Shown piece by piece: positions 1 to 9,239 of a stretch of DNA of 33,807 bases; position 1 is the first letter of the stretch, and every line of letters begins with the position of its first letter. The translations under genes and the position numbers were made by a program. The stretch spans positions 1 to 33,807 of IMG/VR virus record IMGVR_UViG_2695420701_000007; one strand, given 5' to 3'. Source of the DNA: a virus. Its lineage: Duplodnaviria > Heunggongvirae > Uroviricota > Caudoviricetes. The notes below the pieces were generated by a model, which searched no databases, was not told the origin of the DNA, and worked only from the letters and a program-made list of their open reading frames with translations.

Positions 1-1773
1 GGCATCGAAGTTTCCGTAATTTAACGGAATTACCTGTCCGTTTACGGCGAACGTGATGCTGTTATCTGTATTCCTCTGGCTGAAAAAATGCCAGCCTGAA
101 TCATCACCAAGCTCTGCAACAACAGGCCTGGATGGATTACCCCACAAATAAAACGCTGCATTTTTCGTGGAGTTGTTGGCGCTGGATAACGTGAATTTTC
201 TGGCAGTTCCGGCCTGAATATTCTTAAAAGCAATAGCCACGCCATTCTGAAAACGAAATACATGCTGTCCATTCGCATAAACATCCAGCAGACCATCGCC
301 ATTTTGTTTAAACCCGGTATCGTTATCTCCTAAAACGATTGAACTTCCACCTAACGCATTCGTCGTACCAATTCCAAGACAACCATTAATGACGGCATTA
401 ACCAGAATATTTAGTGTATTCCATTTGAGATTCATCAGGTCTTTAACCCGGCCGCCAGCGAGGCGGTGTCTCCATTTGAAATATTCATTACCGTTATCCG
501 CCGTTTCAAACCACATGTAGGAATCGGTGTCTGCATCCGAATCATTTTTAAATCCAATCTTCGCCCAGTCAGTATTCCGAATCCAGGCGAGGATTGAGTC
601 GTTTTCAAAAGTCAGTCCACCGGACAAGGTATCGCCTGTCTTTTGGACAGCGTTATCAGCCTTGTTTACCGTTTCCTGTAAACCAACGTTCTGGATAAAC
701 AGCGGTTTATCGGGAATATCTGCTCCGTTCTGATTTTTTTGCAGCGCTCCTGTGATGCGGATGTCGTCACCTGCGGCTACAGTGTCCTGCGCGGTGCCAA
801 CATTAAGGGTGGCGCTGTCGCCGAGGCCCATATGCTTTCTGGCATCAGACTGGGCCTGTTCACCTTTGTCAGCAATTTCTTTCAGGTTCCCGTTACGGGT
901 CAGGTATTCGCCATCAAGGCGGTCATTTAATGGTTTGCGGGTTTTTCGTATATCGGTGATCTCGCCACTGTCTGATATTGTGGCGATGGGTTCGACATAA
1001 TGGGCAAATCCTGAACTGTCGGTATAGTCGGCTGTTTTCTGACTCGTCAGGCTGAATATGGCTTTATTTTCCCCGGTCAGGGTACCGGTTAATGCCGCGT
1101 CAACATAAACAGTTTGTGAAATTCCGGTGGCGTATGTCAGTGTGCCTTGTTCATCCAGCTCCACACGTAATCCGCGCAGATAGGCAATACCCGGCGCGAA
1201 GGTCGCCTGCCCGGTAGCCTGAGCGGTGAGTTTAAAGGCGTTATTAAAGAACAGGCCAGGCCCGTAGATATCCAGCGCCGCTTTGCGGGTGGCCTCGTCC
1301 ATGCCGTGAAGCCGTGCCGTAAAATCAATCTGCCAGGTGCTTACTGGCGTGGTGATGCCGGTTGCGGCGCTGGCTCCGGCGTATTCCATAATTTCAGAAT
1401 AAATCAGGGTATTACCCTGTTTGCCGTCTGCGGTTTTTATTTTTTTCTGAGGGTGAAGATATACCACCATACAAAGTGTATTTGTGGTGCTGCTTACCAG
1501 ACCCAGCCAGTTAAAAGTAAAATCACCCGTGGACTCCGGCAGGGTAACGGAGTAGGCGACGGTGTTCTCATTTACCATTCCGTTGCGATCAACGTTCTGG
1601 CGGTGAACTATCTGTGCATCGGGGGGCAATGGTTCGTTTTCAGACGGCGTGTCGGCAATGTTCAGATCCGGGATATTTGCAAATACAAACTGATCAATGA
1701 TGATACGGTTGCCGCCTGCGGCTTCCTGCGCTTTCAGGCGCTCAAATGCTGAAGTGATAGCGCTCTGGGTCAT
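1..1773 (-). CDS. H: Tail fiber protein (P2 gpH-like), partial; C-terminal part lies beyond the window start
   Basis: Minus-strand frame opens at ATG (complement of 1771-1773) overlapping the end of the gpI-like gene. Hand translation begins MTQSAITSAFERLKAQEAAGGNRIIIDQFVFANIPDLN and later contains NAVQKTGDTLSGGLTFENDSILAWIRNTDWAKIGFKND and GSSIVLGDNDTGFKQNGDG, typical of P2 H / long-tail-fiber proteins. No listed ORF on this strand, consistent with an open frame leaving the window. Confidence 0.8.
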   Translation of the reverse strand, partial: MTQSAITSAFERLKAQEAAGGNRIIIDQFVFANIPDLNIADTPSENEPLPPDAQIVHRQNVDRNGMVNENTVAYSVTLPESTGDFTFNWLGLVSSTTNTLCMVVYLHPQKKIKTADGKQGNTLIYSEIMEYAGASAATGITTPVSTWQIDFTARLHGMDEATRKAALDIYGPGLFFNNAFKLTAQATGQATFAPGIAYLRGLRVELDEQGTLTYATGISQTVYVDAALTGTLTGENKAIFSLTSQKTADYTDSSGFAHYVEPIATISDSGEITDIRKTRKPLNDRLDGEYLTRNGNLKEIADKGEQAQSDARKHMGLGDSATLNVGTAQDTVAAGDDIRITGALQKNQNGADIPDKPLFIQNVGLQETVNKADNAVQKTGDTLSGGLTFENDSILAWIRNTDWAKIGFKNDSDADTDSYMWFETADNGNEYFKWRHRLAGGRVKDLMNLKWNTLNILVNAVINGCLGIGTTNALGGSSIVLGDNDTGFKQNGDGLLDVYANGQHVFRFQNGVAIAFKNIQAGTARKFTLSSANNSTKNAAFYLWGNPSRPVVAELGDDSGWHFFSQRNTDNSITFAVNGQVIPLNYGNFDA

Positions 1774-2314
1774 TTTTCATCTCCGGTGCATAAAAATAGT
1801 GATAGCTGCCATGCCAGTATCCGTGTCCGATAACACAATCCGTGGATGTGATTATCTGAAGATGGTAACGGCGGCAGGTGCGACCGTACTGGCGAATTAT
1901 CTGATTGAGTAATGTTGTATTTTCTGAGATCTGGTTGTCTGTCAGGCGCAAAAGAACAACATCCCAGTCTGTGCCTGGCTGGCGCTCCTGAATCTCCACA
2001 TAACCGATCCCCAGTCGTTCAAAAATTGCCCTGAATCCCGCCACGCTGCCCGCGTCCTGTGCGTTGATAAAGGCATATTTGACACGCTTTCTGTACAGCG
2101 TGAGCGGTTCGCCGTCAAAACGGGCTATATCATATTGCCAGGCTGTCAGGTTCAGAATGGATTCCGCACATGTCAGTGGGTCGGTCTGGCTCAGTGGCCA
2201 TGTTACCCAGTCGTGCACCTTTCCCCAGAAACGGATAAAGGTGTTTTTCAGGCGGAGCACATCGCCGCGATTCAGCCATGACGGCAACTTAATGTCCGGT
2301 GATTTATCAGACAT
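1742..2314 (-). CDS. I: Baseplate/tail protein I-like (P2 gpI family)
   Basis: 190 aa; segment CAESILNLTAWQYDIARFDGE...KYAFINAQDAGSVAGFRAIFERLG follows the pattern of P2 gpI; immediately upstream of the tail fiber gene with overlapping ends. Confidence 0.7.
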   Translation of the reverse strand: MSDKSPDIKLPSWLNRGDVLRLKNTFIRFWGKVHDWVTWPLSQTDPLTCAESILNLTAWQYDIARFDGEPLTLYRKRVKYAFINAQDAGSVAGFRAIFERLGIGYVEIQERQPGTDWDVVLLRLTDNQISENTTLLNQIIRQYGRTCRRYHLQIITSTDCVIGHGYWHGSYHYFYAPEMKNDPERYHFSI

Positions 2315-3485
2315 TCTTCACCTCAACTGTCAGTGTGTTCAGGCGGGGTACGTTCAGATCGCTGATGATATCCTCAAGGGAAAACGTCACGGATCCCACC
2401 AGAGGAAAGGTGTCATGCAGTTCGCGTCCCAGTTGCGAGAATGAAAAGCGACTGTATGGCCATGTGCGGGTTACGTCGTAGTTACTGTTTTCACGGAATG
2501 CACAACGAATCAGGTTTTCAGTGCCTGATTTCAGGGCGTCGATATCGTTTTTGCTGATATTGGAAAGGTTTTCAACATACACCGTAACCGCCAGATCGTG
2601 GCGGGTTTCCGGCATGGCAAAACAACGCATATCATCGCCGTGGCCGTGATGTCCCTGTGCCATGATGTAATCATTCACGCTGTCAACCCAGGGTTGCGAA
2701 ATAACCCCGGTATCCAGCAGCAGGTAGGCATTAGCTGTACCAGGTCCTCGCGGGGCGTCATGTAAAAAGAAGATGCGATCGATGGTCAGTCCGGCCTGTG
2801 CAGCTATCAGGCTGCGGTAAACTGCGTCAGTGTGATAACTGCCGGCAAGGTTAAACTGGTTACGGCAACGATCTTTTAGTTCGTCGTCACTTTCGCGGTT
2901 TGCGCCCGGTATGGTCAGCCAGTTATCACCGTTACGTACAGACGCAATTCCGTTAATCGCTTTGGGGAGTATCTGGTAATAGCCTGGTGCCAGATTGAAT
3001 GCCGTACCGCTGTCGGTGGCGATCACATCAATAAGGGTGCTTTGCGTGCCTGCGGGGATAATTACCTGCTCGCGGGTCGCCATGGAATAAATCACACCGT
3101 TAATACGCTCCGTCTGAATCAGTGTGCCAGCCGGTACGGTCACACTGTCATTCTGGTTGTTTTTGGTAAAAATGATTTTACCGATCGCACGCGTGGCTTC
3201 CTTGCGGGTAAGCTTGAGGGCGGCAGCGAACAGGTCAACGAACGGCCCTCTGGCAGTCATCAGAAACAGATTATGCAGTACATTGTCAGCCAGTGTGTCA
3301 ACAATCCACACATACGGCGTGATAACCAGCAACTGAATCAGCCGCCAGAATGGCGACATGCGCGACGTATTGGTGATGAGTTTTTCATCATCTGCCACCT
3401 GTTGCAGGGTGTCACGTACGGTCTGTTCATCAACCGGCATTCCGCTTTCGCGCAGTATGTTTTTGAAGTCGATATTATTCTGCAT
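2307..3485 (-). CDS. Baseplate J-like protein
   Basis: 392 aa; position between W-like and I-like genes, overlapping both neighbours (coupled operon); size and order match baseplate J family. Confidence 0.6.
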   Translation of the reverse strand: MQNNIDFKNILRESGMPVDEQTVRDTLQQVADDEKLITNTSRMSPFWRLIQLLVITPYVWIVDTLADNVLHNLFLMTARGPFVDLFAAALKLTRKEATRAIGKIIFTKNNQNDSVTVPAGTLIQTERINGVIYSMATREQVIIPAGTQSTLIDVIATDSGTAFNLAPGYYQILPKAINGIASVRNGDNWLTIPGANRESDDELKDRCRNQFNLAGSYHTDAVYRSLIAAQAGLTIDRIFFLHDAPRGPGTANAYLLLDTGVISQPWVDSVNDYIMAQGHHGHGDDMRCFAMPETRHDLAVTVYVENLSNISKNDIDALKSGTENLIRCAFRENSNYDVTRTWPYSRFSFSQLGRELHDTFPLVGSVTFSLEDIISDLNVPRLNTLTVEVKNV

Positions 3486-3813
3486 AGCGCATCCCCTGGC
3501 TTAACTGACCAAAATCGTAGGTATCGGCGGTAACAAGGAGCTGGCCGCGTTGCTCTTCGTCAATAAATACGGAGCCGGGAATGAGGCGTTCATCCTCCTC
3601 CAGGAGTATCACCATTTGCGTGAACAGGTCGGCCCTGAGTGTGGGGCTGTTCTCCGCAATCAGACGACAGGGCAGACCACTTTCAATCAGGGCGTGAATC
3701 ATGTCCTGAGCAATACTCTGGCGGTTGTCACACAAGACCGGCTCACTGGCGGAGTTGAACGTAAGATCGCCGTCAGTAATGAGCAGGTCGATATAAAGTG
3801 ATTTCGTACTCAT
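3475..3813 (-). CDS. Baseplate assembly protein W-like (gp25-like)
   Basis: 112 aa, directly downstream of the tape measure gene and upstream of the J-like gene; size and position typical of GPW/gp25-type proteins. Confidence 0.5.
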   Translation of the reverse strand: MSTKSLYIDLLITDGDLTFNSASEPVLCDNRQSIAQDMIHALIESGLPCRLIAENSPTLRADLFTQMVILLEEDERLIPGSVFIDEEQRGQLLVTADTYDFGQLSQGMRYAE

Positions 3814-3816
3814 TTG

Positions 3817-5898
3817 TCACCCCGCTGCCAGTTCGCTGTATTCCGCCAGTTGTCCCGGTGTCGCCAGGGTGTCAACGTGCAGTGTGATATCCTGCTTAAC
3901 GTTGTTATTGGTGACTTTGTCGCCCCGGTTGTTGCTTATCTGGTGACTTACCGGCCCGCCCTGGATGGCGGCGCTACGGTTGCCAGTGATAAGCTCCGGG
4001 GCGGGTGTCGGTGCGACGGTCTGTTGTGCGGTGCTGATATTGACACCGGGGATTTTGTTGAGCTTCTCTGCTATCCAGTTCCATGTCCCGGTAAAGGCGC
4101 TCTTAATGGAATCCCATATGCCGTCAAAGAGCTTGCCAATTCCAGCTGTGATATTGCCGAATGTGTCGGCCAGCGAGAAATTTTTAAACCAGTTCGTCAG
4201 ATTGTCCCATCCGGCTTTAATGCTGTTCCATGCATCATCAAACCAGCCCACCACAGCGTTAATGACTTTTAGCAGGGCACTGAAAGCTTCCGTGTCCATG
4301 ATGGCGGCTTTAATACTGTCCCAGTATTTGATAGCCAGACAGATCCCTACGGCAAGTGCGGCAATGGCGAGAATAATCAGGGTTATGGGACTTATCAGGA
4401 GTTGAAGCGCACCGCCTGCGAATGCCGTCGCCACGCCCCACAGGCGCATTGCAACCGCGCCCGCACGTAACACTACGTTCCAGGCTACGATCGCTGCTTT
4501 ACAGATCCCTGCCCAAAGAGCGACCAGCTTTGACCACACCCAGACGGCTTTTTCCTGAATCCATAGCCCCATCAGGCCAAGACGGGTTGAAAGCAGGGAG
4601 GGGCGTAATAAATCCAGGGTGAAGATTAGTCCTTTCCATGCGCCTTTCAGCACGCCAGCAATTCCGCTGAGCCCGGTCATGATAAAGCCGAAGGCCCCCA
4701 TCGTGATACTGGCAAGCGCCCCTGCTGCGGCAAAGGCGAGGGTCATTGCAGTGATATATCCCAGCCAGCGGGCAATATTGGGGAACGTATCCAGCCATTT
4801 CATGAAGGCTTTCCCGCCAGTGATGATTTTTTGCAGGAACGGGGCAAAGACGGGATCGAGCCGCAGACCGATACTGACGCGAACCTGCTCCAGTAAAGAA
4901 TTAACCTGATCCCACGGGTCAACCATCTTTTTCGCCATTTCGATGGCTTTATCCATGCCTTTGATGTTACCTAATGTATTGATGTTCCGTTTCAGCCCGT
5001 CAACATCTCCGGCCAGTAGTTTAATCATGGACACCGCTTCATCGCTGCCAAAGGCTTTTTTCAGCAGGTCTGCATCTGCCACTTTTGACAGATCACCAAA
5101 CTTTCCTTTAATCAGATCGATGATGCCGGTAATGCTTCTGGCACTGCCGTCCCGGTTGGTAAAGTTCAGCCCCAGCACTTTTTGCGCATTCCCAATCCCC
5201 GCCAGGAATGATTTATATTTGGTTCCCGCCTCGCTGCCTGACATGGTGGACTGGAGCTGTCCCAGTACGGCGAACTGTTCAGCGGCAGATACCTTCATTG
5301 CCTGCGCGTTGGCACCCAGCGCAGTAAAGGCAGCAGACATTTCATTACCGGTAGTTTTGAACACCTGAACGGCGGTTGCGGTCTGCCCGGCAATTTGTTC
5401 AACCCACTGCGTGCGCCCCATCTTCTCTGCGGTATTTTTAAAAACACCGTACATGGTGCCCATATAGTTAGTAATGGTGGCCGTGTCTGATTTGGTGGCT
5501 TTGGCGAGAATGGCGGATGCTTCAGTAAATTTTGGCAGTTCATCGCCCTGAAGTCCTGCGATGGCGGACTGGATATCGTAGGCGCTGCGGACGAAATTGC
5601 TGGCGCTTTCGCCGTAGTTAATGGCAAACGTCTGTGAAGTTTTACGCAGCTGATCGAGTGTTTTATTTGCCACATCCAGCGAGCTGACTTCGGCCAGCGC
5701 GGCTTCCATGTCGCGGGCGGGGTTGACCAGTCCTTTTATTCCCTGAGCAGCACCCCATAACCCGGCCACACCAAAACCGAGACGTTTAAAGTCGGCTGTT
5801 GCCTTGTCAGCAAATCCGGTCACAGCCGATTGCGCCTGTTTTAAGGGTCTCGTCAGCTTATCAACCAGACTTAGCGTAAAATCAAGTTCAGCAGCCAT
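3817..5898 (-). CDS. Tail tape measure protein
   Basis: 693 aa, Ala/Gly-rich with long predicted helices and a hydrophobic central block; follows the chaperone/frameshift gene; start ATG overlaps the stop of the E' frame (TAATG). Confidence 0.8.
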   Translation of the reverse strand: MAAELDFTLSLVDKLTRPLKQAQSAVTGFADKATADFKRLGFGVAGLWGAAQGIKGLVNPARDMEAALAEVSSLDVANKTLDQLRKTSQTFAINYGESASNFVRSAYDIQSAIAGLQGDELPKFTEASAILAKATKSDTATITNYMGTMYGVFKNTAEKMGRTQWVEQIAGQTATAVQVFKTTGNEMSAAFTALGANAQAMKVSAAEQFAVLGQLQSTMSGSEAGTKYKSFLAGIGNAQKVLGLNFTNRDGSARSITGIIDLIKGKFGDLSKVADADLLKKAFGSDEAVSMIKLLAGDVDGLKRNINTLGNIKGMDKAIEMAKKMVDPWDQVNSLLEQVRVSIGLRLDPVFAPFLQKIITGGKAFMKWLDTFPNIARWLGYITAMTLAFAAAGALASITMGAFGFIMTGLSGIAGVLKGAWKGLIFTLDLLRPSLLSTRLGLMGLWIQEKAVWVWSKLVALWAGICKAAIVAWNVVLRAGAVAMRLWGVATAFAGGALQLLISPITLIILAIAALAVGICLAIKYWDSIKAAIMDTEAFSALLKVINAVVGWFDDAWNSIKAGWDNLTNWFKNFSLADTFGNITAGIGKLFDGIWDSIKSAFTGTWNWIAEKLNKIPGVNISTAQQTVAPTPAPELITGNRSAAIQGGPVSHQISNNRGDKVTNNNVKQDITLHVDTLATPGQLAEYSELAAG

Positions 5899-6095
5899 TA
5901 CCCACCTTTAAATGCTCTCGCAATGCCGTTATTGATGGCAATACTCATGTTTTCGAAATAACGGTTGTCCAGCCAGACCGCAGCGGCAATGTCTTCCGGT
6001 GTGTCCTCGCCATCCGGTAGCCAGTGGCGGCGCAATACCAGATATTGCGCGTAGCCGTTGCGCTCAATGCCGGACAGTGCCGCCTTTATTTTTTT
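5898..6095 (-). other. Programmed -1 ribosomal frameshift site and E' extension (chaperone E+E' fusion)
   Basis: Slippery heptamer A_AAA_AAA (complement of 6089-6095) followed in the -1 frame by an open frame of about 56 codons (IKAALSGIERNGYAQYLVLRRHWLPDGEDTPEDIAAAVWLDNRYFENMSIAINNGIARAFKGG) ending at a TAA that overlaps the tape measure ATG. Confidence 0.65.
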
Positions 6096-6385
6096 ACGGT
6101 GATATCCAGATTGACGGCAAAATCTTCATTGAGTTTTGCTGCCATCTGAAGGGCTGCTCCCGGGCGGTGAATGAGCTTCTCCAGTTTCTCTTTGTCTTCC
6201 GGGTGTACGCAGCGCATCAGGTAGTTTTTGGCTGGTGCTACCTTGTTATCCATCGTTATTTCATTCACGAACTTGTTGTAGACAGCTTCGGTCGGGGCGA
6301 AGCGAATATCCTCGCCTGCGACGGTCAGGGTGATGATGGTGGTATTTTCGTCTTTCATGCTATTTTCCCCGGTGAGTGGTGCCAT
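6086..6385 (-). CDS. Tail assembly chaperone (gpE-like; zero-frame product)
   Basis: 99 aa ORF directly upstream of the tape measure gene; ends ...ACC GTA AAA AAA TAA with a slippery A_AAA_AAA heptamer just before the stop. Confidence 0.65.
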   Translation of the reverse strand: MAPLTGENSMKDENTTIITLTVAGEDIRFAPTEAVYNKFVNEITMDNKVAPAKNYLMRCVHPEDKEKLEKLIHRPGAALQMAAKLNEDFAVNLDITVKK

Positions 6386-6388
6386 TTT

Positions 6389-6853
6389 TTAATGACATTG
6401 TTCAGTAATGTACTGTTGCAGGCCGTTCACTTGTGCAACGACGGCTTTCGCTTCGGCTCTGAGATGCTGATAATCCCGTTCAGCGTCCGGAGTAAGTCGG
6501 GCGGCGGTTGCATCAGTTGAGCCGGTGGCGGTGGTATCACGCGTGGCGGCGGGCATACAGACGGCGTGGAGCTGCAACCGGCGACGGCCAGAAGCAAGAT
6601 CGGCGCGTAACTTTTCGGATTCAGCTTTTGCATTGGCGAGCTCCTTTGTGTATTTCGCATCAAGCGCGGCGTTCTGGCGCTGACGCAGTGTCATGTCGTC
6701 AATGGTCTGCTGTCGGGTGTCGGCAAGCTTTACGGCTTTCTGGCGGGCTTTTTCTGCCCTGGTGAAGCGGTTGTGCCAGTGGTCAGCCGTGAAGCCGAGC
6801 ACGGCCACGGCGACGACCATGAAGACGATAAAGGCGAGCGTTGCGCGTTTCAT
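6389..6853 (-). CDS. Rz-like i-spanin (inner-membrane spanin)
   Basis: 154 aa; N-terminal TM segment (LAFIVFMVVAVAVLGF), then coiled-coil region with DAKYTKELANAKAE...GRRRL, C-terminal YITEQC; closely resembles lambda Rz. Confidence 0.8.
   Translation of the reverse strand: MKRATLAFIVFMVVAVAVLGFTADHWHNRFTRAEKARQKAVKLADTRQQTIDDMTLRQRQNAALDAKYTKELANAKAESEKLRADLASGRRRLQLHAVCMPAATRDTTATGSTDATAARLTPDAERDYQHLRAEAKAVVAQVNGLQQYITEQCH
6427..6633 (-). CDS. Rz1-like o-spanin lipoprotein, embedded in Rz in another frame
   Basis: Listed ORF 6427-6663; likely start at the internal Met (MQKLNPKSYAPILLLAVAGCSS) giving a lipobox LAVAGC followed by a proline-rich body (CPPPRVIPPPPAQLMQPPPD). Confidence 0.7.
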   Translation of the reverse strand: MQKLNPKSYAPILLLAVAGCSSTPSVCPPPRVIPPPPAQLMQPPPDLLRTLNGIISISEPKRKPSLHK

Positions 6854-6859
6854 GTGGCC

Positions 6860-7303
6860 TTACCTCTGTCCCAGAAACATTGCCCGTTCACGTCCGCGAC
6901 GCGGGGCCAGAATTGTCGGGTTACTGCCTGCGCGGCTCCATTTCAGGAAAGCATCAGCGGCGGCGGTGTAGTTGCCGGCGTTTAACTGACGGCGAACGGT
7001 GGAACCGATAAAAGCGTCAGCGCCGATATTGAAAATCAGGCTACACAACGCGTCATACTGACTCTGGTTCAGCGGAACTGTTACCCGTTCAGCGATGCAG
7101 TGCTCCACCCATGACAGATCGTCGCGTAGCAGTCTGTCGGCGGTGTCCTGAGTGATGGTCATGCCCTTGTGAACTGCGACACCATCAACCTTTCCTGTGT
7201 GACCTGTACCAATGGTCCATACGCCGCGCGGGTCGGGGTAAGCGGTCAGTTTGCAGTTTTCTTCGCGTTTAAGTGCGGTCAGCCCGTTGTCTGAAATTTT
7301 CAT
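6860..7303 (-). CDS. Endolysin, phage lysozyme (T4-lysozyme-like, GH24 pattern)
   Basis: 147 aa; N-terminus GLTALKREENCKLTAYPDPRGVWTIGTGHTG matches the lysozyme catalytic region (E...D...T triad context); start overlaps the holin stop. Confidence 0.8.
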   Translation of the reverse strand: MKISDNGLTALKREENCKLTAYPDPRGVWTIGTGHTGKVDGVAVHKGMTITQDTADRLLRDDLSWVEHCIAERVTVPLNQSQYDALCSLIFNIGADAFIGSTVRRQLNAGNYTAAADAFLKWSRAGSNPTILAPRRGRERAMFLGQR

Positions 7304-7638
7304 TCGTCATTTTTCCCTGCAAATTTCTTTGTGATGAACACACCCAGTGCCCGGATATGTTCAACACCAATAAGGCCAATTGCGGCACCGATACCGACGC
7401 GCCAGTCTTCGGCCAGCCATGCGACGGGGACCGGCTTGATGAGGGTGAATGCCGCCACGGCCAGCAGGCAACACAACGGCACCTCAAGCAAAAGACGACG
7501 CCAGCTGCGGCCTGTGTAAAACACTCTGAGTGCTGCAATGACGGCAGTCATCAGTAGACTGTCAAGAGGGATATCACCACGTAACCAGTCTTTGATTATC
7601 GCCAGCCAGTCGCTCCAGTTGTGGGGAGGGCTTTGCAT
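7300..7638 (-). CDS. Holin (putative, 3 hydrophobic segments)
   Basis: 112 aa with hydrophobic segments LLMTAVIAALRVFY, LLLEVPLCCLLAVAAFTLI, VGIGAAIGLIGV and charged C-terminus (KKFAGKNDE); immediately upstream of the lysozyme. Confidence 0.6.
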   Translation of the reverse strand: MQSPPHNWSDWLAIIKDWLRGDIPLDSLLMTAVIAALRVFYTGRSWRRLLLEVPLCCLLAVAAFTLIKPVPVAWLAEDWRVGIGAAIGLIGVEHIRALGVFITKKFAGKNDE

Positions 7639-7646
7639 TGTCTTTC

Positions 7647-8108
7647 CTATTGGTTCATGATGTCCCGAACATCGGTGGCGCTGAGAACCGGAACACCGTC
7701 AATTTTGACGAACTCCGGCGAAGTCACCATAAATTTGATTTTATGGCTTATGTTGTCACCGCCCTTGCTGTCGATACTCAGCAGGTTACTGATCAGCAGT
7801 TTGCAACCAAAGGCTTCCACCCTGAGTTCTGTCTTTGCTGCACGGGCAAAGAAGAGAAAGTCGGCTTCTTCGATGTCGCGCCAGCTCCCTGCTTCACGCG
7901 CGGCTTCGCCAAGAAGCTGGAAGTTAACGGTATCCAGTTCAATTTCACCGCCAGCTTCCACGTCGCCGCGTACCCAGCCATCAGGTACACCGCGCTCCTG
8001 GATGGCTTTGGTGTTGTCGGTAATATCAAGGGTGGCAGTTTTTACGTGAACGATGCGGCCATTAAATGACACGTCAAAGCTCATGCCACTGATGCGTTCG
8101 GTGCTCAT
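7647..8108 (-). CDS. Tail tube protein (putative)
   Basis: 153 aa, directly downstream of the sheath-sized gene; size and position fit a contractile-tail tube protein. No sequence motif recognised with certainty. Confidence 0.5.
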   Translation of the reverse strand: MSTERISGMSFDVSFNGRIVHVKTATLDITDNTKAIQERGVPDGWVRGDVEAGGEIELDTVNFQLLGEAAREAGSWRDIEEADFLFFARAAKTELRVEAFGCKLLISNLLSIDSKGGDNISHKIKFMVTSPEFVKIDGVPVLSATDVRDIMNQ

Positions 8109-8111
8109 GGG

Positions 8112-9236
8112 TTACTCTCCGCTTTCGTCCAGCATGATGCTGATGGTGATTTCTTTCGGGCAGTTATACGGGCGAACCACGATCGCAATCTGCACTTTGT
8201 CTTTTTCCGGCCATGAGATTTTTACGTCGCCGTCGCGCGGTGACATGCAAAGGCCAGGGAATACCGTGCCGTTGATTTTCAGGCTCTTTGCGCCGTCGCG
8301 CATGGGCTTCGCAAAAAGCTGTTGGTGCGCGGCCACACTTGCCGGGGTGGAGTTCAGTGAGCGATCGGCGATTTTTGGGATAGCCAGCAAACGCACCTGA
8401 CGGGCCATTTCATCGGCAACGCGCAGATATTCGATAGCCTGATAATCGCCACCGTCCACATCGAGCGTGACGCCGTCGGCCCAGTAGTAACCTTCGTAGT
8501 CGGGATACCACGTTGGTACGCTGAAACGCGCCCTGTTCAGGGCCCTGATGGTGGCAGTGTCCAGTTCGCGCTTGTCGCTGTCCTGCGGTTTATCGTTGCG
8601 GCCCATATTGACCAGTGCGCCGGTTGCAACACGGGCGGGGGAATCAGCGATCGTCACTGACGGATTGCAAAGGCGACCGGCCAGTATCCCCGGCTCATTG
8701 CCGAACAGCATCGGGGTAAGCTGCACCGCGTAAGCGGCAATGTCTTTCTGTAGTCCGGTTATGGCGGTGACGTATTCTGACCACTTCTCGCCTGTTCCGC
8801 AGCCGCGAACAGCCAGGATAAACCATGTCCAGCGCTGGAAGGTGTTATTGAGTTCGCTGCGCAGTTGCTGCGCTTTGTTGATATCGTCACCTGAGGCGTT
8901 AGCGCGAACAACGACAACGCCTTCCACCGAGAGGGTGGCCTGTGCATCCATAACCACATCAACCCACGTTCGGGTCCGACCAGAAGGCTGGGGTGTCTGC
9001 ACGGTTGCCAGCCAGATCATGGCATTTTGTCCGGCATTATCCAGAAACGCCTGCACGTTACTGCGCAACAATGAATCCTTTGTTCCTAGCAGCGAGTCAA
9101 GATCGGTTTGTGCTGTAACCGGTGTCGGGAGAATGGCTTTTGTGTGCTCGCCCACCATCAGCAGGGTGCAGGCGATCCCACGCTTGCTTCCGCTGTGGGT
9201 GTTGAGCTGATTAATCGTGACCTGTGGAAACGTCAT
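8112..9236 (-). CDS. Tail sheath protein (putative)
   Basis: 374 aa, follows the S-like gene and precedes the tube gene; assignment by size and synteny. Confidence 0.5.
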   Translation of the reverse strand: MTFPQVTINQLNTHSGSKRGIACTLLMVGEHTKAILPTPVTAQTDLDSLLGTKDSLLRSNVQAFLDNAGQNAMIWLATVQTPQPSGRTRTWVDVVMDAQATLSVEGVVVVRANASGDDINKAQQLRSELNNTFQRWTWFILAVRGCGTGEKWSEYVTAITGLQKDIAAYAVQLTPMLFGNEPGILAGRLCNPSVTIADSPARVATGALVNMGRNDKPQDSDKRELDTATIRALNRARFSVPTWYPDYEGYYWADGVTLDVDGGDYQAIEYLRVADEMARQVRLLAIPKIADRSLNSTPASVAAHQQLFAKPMRDGAKSLKINGTVFPGLCMSPRDGDVKISWPEKDKVQIAIVVRPYNCPKEITISIMLDESGE

Positions 9237-9239
9237 GGG

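Noticed and set aside
3814-5675. Several ORFs of 96-152 aa overlapping the tape measure gene on both strands
   Set aside because: All lie within the 693-aa tape measure frame and show biased low-complexity translations.
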